A stretch of DNA of 17,892 nt. It comes from Oligoflexales bacterium. GTDB lineage: Bacteria; Bdellovibrionota_B; Oligoflexia; Oligoflexales; CAIYRB01. A program made the translations under genes and the position numbers. Each line of letters starts with the position of its first letter. The first letter of the stretch is position 1. Shown piece by piece: positions 16,119 to 17,892 of the stretch. The stretch lies in assembly GCA_041736175.1 (NCBI GenBank), contig JBGSUI010000001.1, positions 1 to 17,892 on the forward strand. Reading direction: 5' to 3'. The notes under the pieces are model-generated. The model was given only the letters and a program-made list of their open reading frames with translations. It ran no database searches and had not been told where the DNA came from.

Positions 16119-17672
16119 CTAGCAGGGGTCTTCGACTTTAAAGCCATCCTCCGCAAGGTCTGGAAAGCTAGATCCAAGCTGATCGCAGATCTGGGCTTTG
16201 GTTTTTTTCCATAGGCCTGGCCCATCCTCTGGGTTTTGGTGAATGATAGCTGCTTTTAGGGTGGGGAGGGCTTGGTCGAGGGTCTTTTGGATGGCTTTTG
16301 CAAAAATTCCTAAGACCTCACTCGAACTGCTTTGGTAGTCAAGCTGTCCTAGCCCCCCAGTGAAGTCGTCCATCAAATCGAGAAGCAGGCGGTATTTGGC
16401 TAAGGTCCTCGCCTCATCATCGACCGTAGAGGCCGTGAGGCTTGAAAAAAGCTCGTGGACTCCATAAGCCAAAATGGCACCGATGGTATGAACTCCGGTC
16501 ATCATGTTAAGGCGACCCTCAGGCGTTTTAGCTTCAAACTGGTTGAAAAAAGTGTTGGTGTGACGCCTGCTGAGGATCTTTTCAAGACCATTGGCGAAAC
16601 GGGGGCTCAGTATATCCCGGTCAGTACCAATTTCGTCAAAAGTCAGGATGCTCGCACTGGACTCGCCTTCGGTGTAAAATGCGATCAGATCCGCAAAAGC
16701 TTCGCCCATCGCGGTCGTCAATAGGGCCTTGGGAGTCATGGAGAGGGGTTTGTCTCCCTGGAGTGCCTGGAAAGTTGCCTTTTCTACGCCTGGATCAAGG
16801 GAACCCTGAGCAACTAGGTCAATGAAACTATGGCGGGTTGCCGACCATAGGAGCCCAGCTTGGGAGTAGCTGTTTTTATGGCGAATATGGTCGATGTGAT
16901 GGCCATATTCATGGGATAAAACAAACGGTGACTCCCAAAGCTTGTGTTTCGACGTGGCGTTGACGGTCTCGGGAAAGATCACGATTTCTTCGGACTCAGG
17001 AAAATAAGCGAGGTTATGGGTCATATAGGTGACCAGACGTCCGGGGGATTTGTTGAGCTGGGGAAAATAGTCGTAGATTTCGGCAAAGGTAGGAAACATC
17101 GACAGCACGACGCGGAGCGGGGGAGGGCTCTCAGGGGCTGCTTTAAGGTAAAATTGTCGGGTGCGGCCTAGCTGATAGGCAGCGGTCAAACTGACGGTTT
17201 CGTAGCTATCGAGGGGATATTGATGCTGGTCTTTGCAGATTTTCAGGGGGAGAGGGCCGTTTAACCCCTTGCGATAAAAGGGGATCTCGCGACCAAGGTT
17301 ATTGACACAGCGAGCTTGCTTGGGTTTGCGAAAGTCACAGACTCGTTCGTAGTTTTCCCCATAAGTGGTCTTGGCCACCGCTTCGTTTTGCAAGGAAGCT
17401 TTGGTTTGTGTTCGGGGCAAGGTGACCCTTTGTCGGATCACGTTATCGCCTGAAGTCGTCGTCACCCAGGTCTCGGTAAGGGTTAGAGGTAGATTGACCA
17501 GCTCCATGCGGGATTGGCAGTCAGGGTCGGCCAACTCATAGACCACGGGTTGGTCTCGGGTGCTAATCAGTGGCAAAACCGGTGGGGCAGAGGGGGCTTT
17601 TTCGCGACTATCTGCAGCGCCACAGCCACTGAGGGTGAAGAGTACAAGTGTCATCCAAATGAAGGGACGCAT
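16119..17672 (-). CDS. Zinc metalloprotease lipoprotein (gluzincin, M4/M36-like)
   Basis: Lipobox TLSG-C, HNLAY, HEYGH zinc motif, third-ligand GEAFAD and downstream GVHTIG. Confidence 0.8.
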   Translation of the reverse strand: MRPFIWMTLVLFTLSGCGAADSREKAPSAPPVLPLISTRDQPVVYELADPDCQSRMELVNLPLTLTETWVTTTSGDNVIRQRVTLPRTQTKASLQNEAVAKTTYGENYERVCDFRKPKQARCVNNLGREIPFYRKGLNGPLPLKICKDQHQYPLDSYETVSLTAAYQLGRTRQFYLKAAPESPPPLRVVLSMFPTFAEIYDYFPQLNKSPGRLVTYMTHNLAYFPESEEIVIFPETVNATSKHKLWESPFVLSHEYGHHIDHIRHKNSYSQAGLLWSATRHSFIDLVAQGSLDPGVEKATFQALQGDKPLSMTPKALLTTAMGEAFADLIAFYTEGESSASILTFDEIGTDRDILSPRFANGLEKILSRRHTNTFFNQFEAKTPEGRLNMMTGVHTIGAILAYGVHELFSSLTASTVDDEARTLAKYRLLLDLMDDFTGGLGQLDYQSSSSEVLGIFAKAIQKTLDQALPTLKAAIIHQNPEDGPGLWKKTKAQICDQLGSSFPDLAEDGFKVEDPC

Positions 17673-17786
17673 GGCAAAAGGTCCTTGTGTATACGGTCAT
17701 GCTGGGATTTGAGACGGCATCAACACATTCCTTGAAACCTTGTGCTTCTCAAGGATGGGGTGTCCAAATAGGGGGGGTACGAGCCT

Positions 17787-17805
17787 AAATCCTATCCTAG
17801 GATTT
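17787..17805. repeat. Perfect 8-bp inverted repeat upstream of the protease gene
   Basis: AAATCCTA-TCC-TAGGATTT. Confidence 0.5.
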
Positions 17806-17892
17806 GGACCTAAAATCAGTCTCCCCATCTTTCGGATAGTAGGGGATATTCCCGCGGAGTCCAGAAAGCATTTTAAACTGTTTTGACCCCCA

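Overview
Bacterial window of about 17.9 kb. Its lipoprotein-, TPR- and beta-barrel-rich gene content suggests a diderm, possibly Bdellovibrionota/Oligoflexia-like, but that is inference only. The left ~4.2 kb is an accessory, decaying region. It holds an IS200/IS605-family OMEGA (HEARO/omegaRNA) scaffold on the minus strand (1-274) inserted into an XRE-type HTH gene, with the expected iscB/isrB ORF lying off the left edge. It also holds a frameshifted tnpB 5' remnant, a RelE/ParE-like toxin gene broken by one TGA, and a two-gene TPR module whose N-termini look like transposase-derived domains. The remainder contains an LtaS/sulfatase-family membrane enzyme and an unusual signal-peptide-bearing FlgE/FlgG-like protein lacking both D0 helices. 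These are followed by a minus-strand run: GLUG lipoprotein, OM barrel, alpha/beta-hydrolase lipoprotein (putative sigma54 promoter), nnr, two hypotheticals, a TPR-beta-barrel protein and an M4-like metalloprotease lipoprotein. All homology calls are by-eye motif recognition, not database searches.
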